This document shows positions 41,044 through 50,140 of a stretch of 64,000 nt of DNA, piece by piece (position 1 is the first letter of the stretch; the number at the start of each line of letters is the position of its first letter). Source of the DNA: an uncultured Lentisphaerales bacterium (GTDB taxonomy: Bacteria; Verrucomicrobiota; Lentisphaeria; JABSQK01; UBA12247); assembly GCA_943788985.1 (NCBI GenBank), contig CALSSJ010000012.1, positions 96,001 through 160,000 on the forward strand, in the 5' to 3' direction. Under the pieces are notes generated by a model, which saw only the letters and a program-made list of their open reading frames with translations, was not told the DNA's origin and did not search any database. A program made the translations under genes and the position numbers.

Positions 41044-43464
41044 TCAGAAACGCGTGATTTTGCGCCAGAACGCGGGGGCTCGGGTCGAGCCATCCTTGGT
41101 GTCGACATGCGTGAGCCGCTTTAGAGAGCGGAGCCGGATGACGCTCTTGGTGAGCTTTGGGGGCAACGCCAAGCGTCTGAGTGTGGTGACCGCGACTAGC
41201 GAGCCGACGTCCTGAATGCCGGTGCAGTCCGAGATGAATAGCTCGGATAGCGGCAACTTCAGCAGCGGCTCCAGGGAGATAATGGCGGTGCCTCTGAGGC
41301 TCAGGCGAGTGAGCGGCAGGGCTACGAGTGGTTGAAGATCTACTACTGGGGTCTTATCAAGGGACAGCACTTCGAGCGGCATGCCAACGAGGGGCGTAAG
41401 ATCTGCGATAAGAGTTTCGGAGGCGGCGAGCTGGGTAAGCTGCATGCCGTTAAGCGGGCCAAGGTCGCTGACTAGTGAGCGTGAAATACTAAGGGCGGAC
41501 AGTTGCAGCTTTCTCAGTGGCGTGAGATCAGTGATCGGACAATCGTCGGCATACAGCTCGGTTAGCGCAGTGGCTTCAGCCAACGGTGCAAGGCTCCTGA
41601 TACCACAGTTCTGAATGATAAGCCGCTGGAGCTTCGGGCCTGGAAGCTGGGCAAGATCTGTGAGCTTGGTGCAGCCTGTGAGGTTGGCTTCTTCGAGGTC
41701 AGCTCCGGATAGTCCGCTGAGATCGCTCACGCCAGCGTTTGTCATCACGAGCTTGGCGATTCGGAGCTGCTTGAGCGGTGTAATGTCTATCAGCTCTTTC
41801 AGGTCGATGAGCTCGATGTGGACGACATTCATGCCAATCTTGAAGAACTGAACCGGCATTTTTAGTCCGGGATTCAGGGTTTCGAGGTCTGCGGAGATCT
41901 TGCGCATCTTTTGGACCATCGGATCACTGTTCAGGGTTTCTGCGATCTCGCGATCGACTTTTACCCGGTCAATTTTATTGCGGTCGGCTTCTTTGAGGAG
42001 GTGGGCCTCGAGTGCGTTCGCTGCGCGAATCTGGCGTTGGAGCTCAGCGCGGTACTCGTACTCATCCGCACCGGAGTAGTTGAAGGCTGCGTTGAAATAC
42101 TGCTTGGCTGCATCGGGTTGGAGGTGCAGCATGCTCAGTCTGCCGAGCTCGAAGAAGGCGAGGCTGGGGTTGTCATCGTGCTCCAAGGCGTAGTCCATGA
42201 CATTCTCGAGAATGCGGAGTGCATCGCCCCAGATCTTGGCGCGATCTGCGGCGCGGTCCCAGAGCATATGCTCGACTCTTGGCTTGGGAGCATTTCGTAA
42301 GCGCTCGATTTCTTCCTGGGACTGCTCCAGCTGCGCGGCCTGCATCTCTCGCTCGTCATTGGCAGCTTCTCGCTCGTCGCCGAAGGTGATGGCATCACGC
42401 ACGTTCATCGACACAGCACCGATGGTGACAATGACGGTGATCCCTAGCAGGATGAGCAGCACGCGCTGACGCATCTGATAGCGAAACAACTCGCTCATCG
42501 ATGGCGGCAGAATGGGGTCGGCGTCGCCACGAGTGAAGAGGTAGCCTTCGACTTGGCGCCGTAGTTCGGCGATACTTTGGCGGCCATCAATCGGTTGCGC
42601 GAGGGCCTGAAGTGCAGCCTGGACGAGACGACCGGGGATCTGCTTGTCAGCGGAAAAGTGGCGGTTCATCTCGACGGATTGCCGCGCCGACTGGGTGGCT
42701 TCCATCGCCAACGCGCGGTCGGCTGCGAAAAGATTGGGATCCGCGATCTGGCCATGGGCGGTGGCTTCGGTGATTTCGGCGATGGTTTCGCCAGGAATAG
42801 CCGGCCGGAGCGCGAGAATATGGTAGAGGATAGCGCCGAGGCTGTAGATGTCTGAGCTCGGGGCGGCAGGGCAGGGGGCGAGGCGTTCCGGAGCCAGGCA
42901 GCGAGCCATCTGCGGAGTTTTTGCGGAGTCCGCAACGACAGGGAGTTGGGCTTCGGCCGCGGTCGCGCCCCAATACTCAGTGACCATCATTTCACCGCTT
43001 GGGCGGACGAAGATGCAGCCGGGGTGGAGGCGACCGTGAAGGACACCAGCTTCATGCGTGGCAGCGATGGCGTCACAGACTTGGAGAAAACCATGCAAAA
43101 GCTGGCGGGACGAGGGGGCCTTTTCGGCATCGGCCTGGCCGTTAGCGACATCGTCGAGAACCTGACTGAGCGGGATGCCAACTGGCGGCTGGAACACGAG
43201 AAACGGTCGATCAGCGTTGGTCGATCTGGTGAGGACGGTCTGGATGGCGCAGTGAGCGATGGGCTCGATCCTAGTGGAAGCGGCAAAGAAGTTTTCCGCG
43301 AACTCGGCGGAGGGGACAAGGACTTGGACGTCGCGCTGTGTTCGGGTATCTTTTGCGGCAAAGATTTGGGTGGGCCCGCACTGGCATGCTTCGCCATTCG
43401 TCTCGAAATGCTCGCCGTAGCGTGGTTCTTGTGCCGTGTCTGCCATACGTCTCTCCTTGATCAT
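41044..43464 (-). CDS. pseudokinase-TM-TPR-LRR protein
   Basis: Degenerate kinase (HGRLHP instead of HRDLKP, no DFG, APE and SDIYSLG kept); TM VLLILLGITVIVTIGAV; LRR repeats DL.PL....L..L. Confidence 0.85.
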   Translation of the reverse strand: MIKERRMADTAQEPRYGEHFETNGEACQCGPTQIFAAKDTRTQRDVQVLVPSAEFAENFFAASTRIEPIAHCAIQTVLTRSTNADRPFLVFQPPVGIPLSQVLDDVANGQADAEKAPSSRQLLHGFLQVCDAIAATHEAGVLHGRLHPGCIFVRPSGEMMVTEYWGATAAEAQLPVVADSAKTPQMARCLAPERLAPCPAAPSSDIYSLGAILYHILALRPAIPGETIAEITEATAHGQIADPNLFAADRALAMEATQSARQSVEMNRHFSADKQIPGRLVQAALQALAQPIDGRQSIAELRRQVEGYLFTRGDADPILPPSMSELFRYQMRQRVLLILLGITVIVTIGAVSMNVRDAITFGDEREAANDEREMQAAQLEQSQEEIERLRNAPKPRVEHMLWDRAADRAKIWGDALRILENVMDYALEHDDNPSLAFFELGRLSMLHLQPDAAKQYFNAAFNYSGADEYEYRAELQRQIRAANALEAHLLKEADRNKIDRVKVDREIAETLNSDPMVQKMRKISADLETLNPGLKMPVQFFKIGMNVVHIELIDLKELIDITPLKQLRIAKLVMTNAGVSDLSGLSGADLEEANLTGCTKLTDLAQLPGPKLQRLIIQNCGIRSLAPLAEATALTELYADDCPITDLTPLRKLQLSALSISRSLVSDLGPLNGMQLTQLAASETLIADLTPLVGMPLEVLSLDKTPVVDLQPLVALPLTRLSLRGTAIISLEPLLKLPLSELFISDCTGIQDVGSLVAVTTLRRLALPPKLTKSVIRLRSLKRLTHVDTKDGSTRAPAFWRKITRF

Positions 43465-43545
43465 AGGGACCGTAGCACAGTACGCGCCGTGGTGCCCGGT
43501 GGCAAGCGGAATGAAGAAGGAGCGCTGCCGGTCCTGCTCAGAAGA

Positions 43546-44661
43546 TCAGGAGGTCTGGAGCAAGAGCAACATGATGATGACCAGAAGGACCAGCAGGATC
43601 GCGCCGCCGACAAGCATCAGCGACATATTCAACTGGCTGTTGGCACCCTTTTGGGCAGTGTTTACTGTGCGCTTGGTCTGCGGTTTCGGGGTCTTGGTCT
43701 GCCTGGTTCTGCCACTTGCGGCTACTTGCAGGGCGGAGATGAGTGCGCCCCAGCTTTCATAGCGGTCGTCGCGATCCTTGGCAAGCATGCGATCTACAAG
43801 GGCGGAAACTTGGGGCGAAACGCGGCTGGTTCTTTCAATGAGCGGCTGTGGCTCTTCGTCCATGTGCTTCTGCATGAGCAGAAGGGGAGCTTGCTCGACG
43901 AAGGGCAGTTCGCCAACGAGGCATTCGTATAGAACGACGCCGAGCGAGTAGAGGTCACTGCGGAAGTCCAGATCATCCGGGGTCCGAATTTGCTCTGGGC
44001 TCATATACTCGGGAGTGCCGATAGTGAAGCCCACTCCGGTTAGGCCCATGGACTGGCTCTCCGAGGACTTGGCGATGGCAAATCCGCCAAGCCTAGCCTG
44101 CCCGTCTGCGGTGATGTAGATATTCTGAGGCTTGATGTCCCGGTGAAGAATTTTTCCCTCCGACCAGGTGTATTCGAGAGCGCCCGCGATGCTCTCCATG
44201 AAACCGAGCGCTTGCGCAGGCTCGAGTGCCTTGTGCTGGGCGAGGTACTCATTCAAGCTCACCATGCCATGTTCATAGGCGGTGACGAGGAAATAGGTGT
44301 CTGTGTCTTGGCCGGCTTCAATGGCCGCAAGCAGGCTGGGGTGACGTAGGGAGCTGAGGATCTCAACTTCCTGTAGAAAACGCGTCACGGTTTCTTCGTC
44401 GCTGGTCATGCTGCCAGCGAGAATCTCGACCGTAACTGGCTCGCCACCGTCTCGAGTGCCAAGATAGATCTCCCCGAGGTGAGAATTCCCGATCTTTTCC
44501 TCGAGACGATAAGTGCCTTTTATCATGACTCCTGGGCCGATATTTTCAGGCATCTGTATGGTTTTCCCACAGCTTTTGCATGTTAGCAGTCTCCCGCGGA
44601 GCCCCGTAATTGTCGCATCGACTACAGCACCGCAAGTGGGGCAATTCAGAGGTATCTTCAT
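43546..44661 (-). CDS. zinc-ribbon Ser/Thr kinase-like protein with C-terminal TM, likely catalytically impaired
   Basis: CPTC...CKSC; HRDIKPQN, GTPEYMSPEQ and DLYSLG present; VTVE at the VAVK position and GFA at the DFG position. Confidence 0.88.
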   Translation of the reverse strand: MKIPLNCPTCGAVVDATITGLRGRLLTCKSCGKTIQMPENIGPGVMIKGTYRLEEKIGNSHLGEIYLGTRDGGEPVTVEILAGSMTSDEETVTRFLQEVEILSSLRHPSLLAAIEAGQDTDTYFLVTAYEHGMVSLNEYLAQHKALEPAQALGFMESIAGALEYTWSEGKILHRDIKPQNIYITADGQARLGGFAIAKSSESQSMGLTGVGFTIGTPEYMSPEQIRTPDDLDFRSDLYSLGVVLYECLVGELPFVEQAPLLLMQKHMDEEPQPLIERTSRVSPQVSALVDRMLAKDRDDRYESWGALISALQVAASGRTRQTKTPKPQTKRTVNTAQKGANSQLNMSLMLVGGAILLVLLVIIMLLLLQTS

Positions 44662-44755
44662 AGAAGCGTCCTGACGTCCTGTTGTTACTCCCTTGGATGC
44701 CGCGAATTTCAACTATAACCGGGACACGCTGGCGGGCAACCGGCGACGCCGATTT

Positions 44756-46117
44756 TCAACCGCCGCCTTCTGCCCAATTAGTGGAGCCATCGCGATGGAG
44801 CACGGTTACGAGGCGGGATCGGATGCTCTTGCCCTTGGCATAGAGGTCTAGGTCGCGGAGGAGTTCGCTAGCTGTGGCATAGCGCTCGTCCGCTCGCTTC
44901 TTAAGCAATCTTGCTAGCGCGTACTCCAGGATGTCCGGTAGATCGGGGACAAATTCGCGAGGAGACTTGGGGAGTTCATGGAGAATGGCGGTGCTGTAAT
45001 CGATAAGCCCGTCGCATTGAAACGGGCGTTCCCCACAGATCATCTCATAGGCCATGACGCCCAACGAAAACAAGTCTGCCTGTGCCCCAATATTTGCGGA
45101 GGCGAACTGTTCCGGCGCCATGTAGGGCAGGGTACCCATGAGATGGGAGGTCTGCGTCAGTTCCGATTCGGGCAGTTTGGCGATCCCAAAGTCTGTGACC
45201 TTGGCGTTGTTCTCATTTTCGATCATGATGTTTTCGGGTTTTATATCACGGTGGAAGATGCCGGCCTCATGAATGGCTTTGAGCGCACTTGCGAGCTGGC
45301 GGAGCAGGCACACAGATTCTTCCAGGCGTATTTTTCGCTTGGCCAACAGTTGCTTTAAGGATTGGCCATTGATGCGCTCCATGACGATGTACGGGACACG
45401 TTCGTCTTCGGCGATTCCGTAGTCCACGATACTCACGACGTGTGAGCTCTTGACGCGGCTCGCCGCTTCTGCCTCGCGCATGAATCTTTGGGTGAGTTGA
45501 TCGGTCAGGCTGTCGGGGAGCCTATTGCGTAGGACTTTGAGGGCAAATTTGCGTTTGACGCCTTTGCAGTCGCGTTCGGCGAGGTAGACGGTGCCAATGC
45601 TCCCGCGACCAAGCGTGCGGAGGAGGCTGTAGCCAGCCAGGACTTTAGTGGGCCTGTCGACGATGATCGTGGCAGTGTTGGTGAGTTTGCGCTCGAGGGA
45701 CTCATTCTCTCGCTTGAGCATCTGGTGTCCGCGGTAGAGGTCTAGAAAAATGCGAACTTTTGAGAGAAGGGCGGCTTCGTTGATCGGCTTGAGGATGTAA
45801 TCGACCGCGCCGCTCGCGTAGCCCCGGCACTCATCTTCCGTGGTCTGCGAGTTTGCCGTCAGGAAAATAATCGGCGTCACTGAGGTCGATTCAGCCATCC
45901 GCAGGTATTGGGCTACTTCGAAGCCGTCCATTTCGGGCATTTGCACATCCATGAGGATCAGCGCGAACTCGTGATTCAGCGTTGCGGTCAGCGCTTCGTT
46001 GCCTGAATTAGCCTGCACCACTTCAGCCTCCAGGGATGCAAGCAGGTGCTCGAGAGCAAACAGATTCTCTGGGCGATCGTCAACGAGAAGTATCTTCGGA
46101 GGCTGTGAGAAGGGCAT
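44756..46117 (-). CDS. response-regulator receiver domain fused to a Ser/Thr protein kinase
   Basis: LLVDD, LMDVQMPEMDG, GAVDYILKP (REC); GRGSIGTVY, ALK, HRDIKPEN, DFG, YMAPEQ (kinase). Confidence 0.93.
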   Translation of the reverse strand: MPFSQPPKILLVDDRPENLFALEHLLASLEAEVVQANSGNEALTATLNHEFALILMDVQMPEMDGFEVAQYLRMAESTSVTPIIFLTANSQTTEDECRGYASGAVDYILKPINEAALLSKVRIFLDLYRGHQMLKRENESLERKLTNTATIIVDRPTKVLAGYSLLRTLGRGSIGTVYLAERDCKGVKRKFALKVLRNRLPDSLTDQLTQRFMREAEAASRVKSSHVVSIVDYGIAEDERVPYIVMERINGQSLKQLLAKRKIRLEESVCLLRQLASALKAIHEAGIFHRDIKPENIMIENENNAKVTDFGIAKLPESELTQTSHLMGTLPYMAPEQFASANIGAQADLFSLGVMAYEMICGERPFQCDGLIDYSTAILHELPKSPREFVPDLPDILEYALARLLKKRADERYATASELLRDLDLYAKGKSIRSRLVTVLHRDGSTNWAEGGG

Positions 46118-46248
46118 AATTCTACGTAATGGGGCCTACTTTCAGTACTCGGGTGAATATATCAGCGAATGTTGGAAACTTGCAACTGGTTACGTTGAAT
46201 CGTCGAGATGGCTGTACACCTTGGCGAATTGCGCTACTGATTCGCGAG

Positions 46249-46276
46249 TTGGACAAAATTCCGCAAAGCCTATGAT
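46249..46276 (+). promoter_or_regulatory. sigma70-like promoter, probably leaderless
   Basis: TTGGAC (46249-46254), 16 nt spacer, TATGAT (46271-46276); ATG at 46283. Confidence 0.5.
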
Positions 46277-46282
46277 AGGTAC

Positions 46283-47095
46283 ATGATAAAACGAACTGCA
46301 GTCTTACACGAGAAGTATATGCTTTCCGGCGGCCTGGCTGATATCAGCTCAGGGCGTTTGGTCGATGGCACGCCCGTGGTTGTCCGAAGCCTGCAAAGGC
46401 AGCACCGTTGGAAATCGCGTGTTCGCAAGCGGTTCGTGAGCGGGATCAAGGCCCGCGCTTCGTTGCCATCTCATCCGAATGTGATCCCGTCGCTATCGTA
46501 CGCAGTGGGGCTGAATCCGTATGAGATTCTCCCCGAGATTGAGGGCTGCACGCTGTTGGATTGGCGCAATAGAAACGGTGACTTGCTGTCAAAATATGCG
46601 CCTACGATGTTGATTCAGATCGCGGAAGCGCTCGACCATGTACACCGCAACGGCTACCTGCATCTGGACATGAAGCCAGAGAACATTCTCGTGAGTTCGG
46701 TAGGGGATCATCTCCGCTGCCACCTGACCGACTTCGACCTGGTCCTAGACTCCAGCAAGATCTGGCATGACAAAAAACTGCGCTTTGGCACATTTTCTTA
46801 CATGGCTCCAGAGCATTTGCAGGACGGTACGATTTCCTTGCGCAGCGACGTTTTTAGCTACGGGGTTGTCGCGTACTTGCTGTGCTGTGGCCACTTGCCC
46901 TTTCCGGGGAACACGCCCTCGGCGTCTCGAGAGAGCAAGCTCAGCGGCAACTTCAAGCCCGAGCCGATTGGCGCGCTGTGTAAATGGCTGCCGCCGGCAG
47001 TGGCCGAGTTTATCATGCGCTGTCTCTCTTGTGATCCCGAGTTGCGCCCGGGATTTATCGGCATCGCGATCCGGGATCTCAAGAAAGTCTACTAG
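46283..47095 (+). CDS. atypical Ser/Thr kinase-like protein
   Basis: GGLADI, VVVR (for VAVK), HLDMKPEN, DFD (for DFG), GTFSYMAPE, SDVFSYG. Confidence 0.85.
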   Translation: MIKRTAVLHEKYMLSGGLADISSGRLVDGTPVVVRSLQRQHRWKSRVRKRFVSGIKARASLPSHPNVIPSLSYAVGLNPYEILPEIEGCTLLDWRNRNGDLLSKYAPTMLIQIAEALDHVHRNGYLHLDMKPENILVSSVGDHLRCHLTDFDLVLDSSKIWHDKKLRFGTFSYMAPEHLQDGTISLRSDVFSYGVVAYLLCCGHLPFPGNTPSASRESKLSGNFKPEPIGALCKWLPPAVAEFIMRCLSCDPELRPGFIGIAIRDLKKVY

Positions 47096-47267
47096 ACTTT
47101 CGTGTGTCTGCAGGCTGAAATCCCTGCGTAAATCGCACACAGCGCTCGTTTAGGATAGAGTCTCGTGATACGGTGCGATTGCCAGGTGCCGGTATTTGTG
47201 ATAGATTACACGTTCCTGTCGCGCTGCGCAATGCGGGGGTGGCAGGCTGAATCATGGCAAGTGGGCA

Positions 47268-47996
47268 ATGGAAGGTTTCTGGAAATTATACGCCATCGTA
47301 GGGCTGCTGGGCGGTGTACCTCTTTCTCTCTGGGGGTACCGTTTCTTTCGCGTGATCTTGGGACCGGTGGGGTTTTTTGCTGGTTTTTTGCTCGGAAGTT
47401 GGGGCGGTACGTTGCTGAATCTGAGTGGCTGGGCAGCACTCCTGATGGGGCTGGTCTTGGGGACCGCTGGCGGGCTAATGTCTGTCGCCACAGCAGCAAT
47501 GGTGATCTATCTATTTGGCGCCCAGGTGGGAGGCATGATCGTGGGACTCCCAGCCTTGGTGGCGATTAAGCTGTTCGATTTGTCCCTTCCGTTTCAAGTG
47601 ATGGCCGGGTTGGCCACGTTCGCTGCGGCACTGGCAGGCGGGATGTACGCGTGGCATTTTAAGCGTATGGTCGTGATTCTTTGGTCTAGTGTGGTTGGGG
47701 CGCTGTGTGTATGGTTTGGGCTTTTCGCTGCTGCCGCAAACGGGGCCGGTGGCGTAGGGAGTTTCGGTCACATTTTCAACCTTTCGATCACGTTGGGCAC
47801 GACCTCTGTGTTGATCAACTTGGTTTGCGTGGTGTTGCTGATTGATTCTATTCTGTACCAGCGCAAGGACTCCAGCGGATTGCCCGACCTGATGCTAAGG
47901 AACCCATTGGAGCGGCGTGGGAAGCGCTCTGTGGGCACCGGGACTGCCCACTCTGGGCACTCCGCTTCCCGTCGTCGCAGCGGCCGCCGTCGCTGA
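47268..47996 (+). CDS. DUF4203/TMEM198-like membrane protein
   Basis: Multi-TM, Gly-rich; GYRFFRV...GFFAGFLLG and SSVVGA motifs. Confidence 0.65.
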   Translation: MEGFWKLYAIVGLLGGVPLSLWGYRFFRVILGPVGFFAGFLLGSWGGTLLNLSGWAALLMGLVLGTAGGLMSVATAAMVIYLFGAQVGGMIVGLPALVAIKLFDLSLPFQVMAGLATFAAALAGGMYAWHFKRMVVILWSSVVGALCVWFGLFAAAANGAGGVGSFGHIFNLSITLGTTSVLINLVCVVLLIDSILYQRKDSSGLPDLMLRNPLERRGKRSVGTGTAHSGHSASRRRSGRRR

Positions 47997-47999
47997 TCA

Positions 48000-48467
48000 A
48001 TGCAGCTCGAGCACGAGCTACCCTACACAGGACTTCTCGCGGTGGATCTTGGCATGCGAACCGGTGTCGCCTGTTTTGATGGGCATGGGGAGTTATGCTG
48101 GTATCAATCTCGCTCGCTGCACAAGCGTTCCGTGCTGAAGACCATGGTTCACCGTTGGCTGGCGACTCCCGGTCTTTCGCACGTGGCCGTCGAAGGGGGT
48201 GGCGACCTAGCCACAGTTTGGGAACGCGAAGCACGCCGGCGTCAGCAGGCTTACTTGCAGTTTTCAGCTGAGGATTGGCGCGCGGACCTGATTCTGCCTC
48301 GTGATCGGAGAAGCGGAACCGATGCCAAGCATCAGGCTGAGCGGCTGGCGCTGCGTGTGATCGGTGAATCAAAGGCTCCGGCGCCAACGGGAAAAATTGG
48401 CGATGATGTGGCTGAAGCAATTCTGGCTGGCATCTGGTGGCTGCGCCACCGTAACAAGTCGCTATGA
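48000..48467 (+). CDS. RNase H-fold (RuvC-like) hypothetical protein
   Basis: LAVDLG..TGVA, VAVEG, WR, K, DDVAEAIL: acidic-residue spacing typical of RuvC-like proteins. Confidence 0.6.
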   Translation: MQLEHELPYTGLLAVDLGMRTGVACFDGHGELCWYQSRSLHKRSVLKTMVHRWLATPGLSHVAVEGGGDLATVWEREARRRQQAYLQFSAEDWRADLILPRDRRSGTDAKHQAERLALRVIGESKAPAPTGKIGDDVAEAILAGIWWLRHRNKSL

Positions 48468-49624
48468 GCGGGGATAATCTACCGTACCTCCTGCGGCTTT
48501 TGGACGATGATTCTCCCGAAATTCGATCTCAGATCGTCCAGCGGTTGCTGGCTCGCGAGGAGGAGGTGGAGGCCCATCTGGCGGATCCGAAAGCGGATTG
48601 CACGGCCAGTCCGGAGGTGCTTCGCGAGTTGCTGCACGCTCTCCGGAGTCGGCAGATTCGGGATCGTTGGCCCGAGTGGTTTATCATGCCCGAGGGGCCG
48701 AAGAAGCTTGAGCGGGCTTATGGGGTCCTATCTGAGTTTGTCACGCCTCGGTGGGCGGGAAAAAGCGTCGAGGCCCTGCTTGATCACTGGGCAGCAGAGT
48801 ATATTCGGAGGTATTCCTATCCGTCTGTGTTTCAGCTCGCGCGGTTCCTGTTTGAAGAGCACGAGCTAGCCGTTTCCGAGGAGAACTTCTATCAGCCTCG
48901 GAACAGCGACCTGCGTTTTTTGCTCGAAGGAGGCGCGGGAATTCCGATTACGCTCGTCGCGGCGTTTGAACTGGTGGGCAGGCGTCTGGGGCTGAACATT
49001 CAAGGATGTGCGTTTCCTGGCCGGTTCCTCGCCTCTACGCAGGTGGATCAAGTCACCTATGTCGTGGATTGTTTTGGCGAGGGGCGCTTTGTCCCGTTAG
49101 ACGGTTTCATCAAGGCTCAGGATCCGGCGCTTGGCGATGCCGCTGCGATGATCGCAAAAACGCCAGATAGCGAAGCGCACATGACGCGCGTGCTCAATAA
49201 CCTGCTACGTGCGTACCACGAACTGGATGATGGCGTATCGTGCGGCTTGATCGGAATTCTGGCTTGGGAGTTGGAACTGCACATGAAGCGCCGACTGGAG
49301 CCGGATGCCGCGCCGCCGGTCTTTCGGACGGGGCAGCTGGTGTCGCACCGCAAGTACGGGTACCGCGGGGTCATCGTGGATTATGATCTCGCCTGTGTTG
49401 CGGGCGAGGACTGGTATCAATCAAACAGGACGCGGCCAGATCGGGACCAGTCTTGGTATCATGTACTCGTGGATGGTGGTAGTCACACGACATACGCGGC
49501 GCAATCCAGCCTAAAGCTTGATTCTGGAGGGAGCGTGGTACGTCATCCCTTGCTACAGCACTTTTTTCTTCGGTTTCATGACCGTGTTTATTTACGGAAC
49601 GGTCGTTGCTGGCCCGGCAACTGA
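48464..49624 (+). CDS. SirB1/Transglut_core2-like domain fused to an HspQ/YccV-like domain
   Basis: NFYQPRNSDL...GIPITL...GCAFPGRFL...VDCFGEG (SirB1-like); FRTGQLVSHRKYGYRGVIVDYD...WYHVLVD...TTYAAQSSL...HPLLQHFF (HspQ). Confidence 0.85.
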   Translation: MSGDNLPYLLRLLDDDSPEIRSQIVQRLLAREEEVEAHLADPKADCTASPEVLRELLHALRSRQIRDRWPEWFIMPEGPKKLERAYGVLSEFVTPRWAGKSVEALLDHWAAEYIRRYSYPSVFQLARFLFEEHELAVSEENFYQPRNSDLRFLLEGGAGIPITLVAAFELVGRRLGLNIQGCAFPGRFLASTQVDQVTYVVDCFGEGRFVPLDGFIKAQDPALGDAAAMIAKTPDSEAHMTRVLNNLLRAYHELDDGVSCGLIGILAWELELHMKRRLEPDAAPPVFRTGQLVSHRKYGYRGVIVDYDLACVAGEDWYQSNRTRPDRDQSWYHVLVDGGSHTTYAAQSSLKLDSGGSVVRHPLLQHFFLRFHDRVYLRNGRCWPGN

Positions 49625-50140
49625 GAGCTGTCACTCTGGTGCGGAATCCGCAGTGGGTGGTGGGCGTCCTTTGTGGGCATAGACGCTAAATTCATGCTTG
49701 AGTAGTTTCAGGTTGCGCTGGAGTTGTAGATTGCCGACCAATTTTGGGATGTTCGCTGGGGCCGTGTTCCAATCAGGTGCGGGCTAGTCCCAGCCAAGAT
49801 TGGCTGGGTTTTACCCACTACCAAAGCAGCAGGTGGCCGAAAAGCTTGGCGCTCAGCGAGATGATGCTCTGCTGAAAGCCAAAGGCCTCGTAGTTCAGCA
49901 CGTCGTACATGTGGAGGCGGTGATACAGGCTAGCCGCGATCAGGTCAAAAACTGCACCCGTCAAGGTAAAGATTGTGCCCATTGCGTGGTTGTCGGCGGT
50001 CCGTGTACTGTGGAGCAAATCAGCAAAAGAGGAATCTACAGCGCAGTTGCGGATAGTCGAGGCTGGTGTGGCGGCTTGCGTCCAGCGAATGCTGGGGCAT
50101 TATGCCTCTGTCGTGAAACGCACCTGTATCATGGAACGCT

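Noticed and set aside
49630..50140. Short ORFs and a hairpin (CCCAGCCA-AGAT-TGGCTGGG-TTTT, 49789-49812) as an sRNA or gene
   Set aside because: The hairpin could be a terminator, but it lies about 165 nt from the upstream stop and the minus strand looks like a decayed ORF; support is too weak to call.
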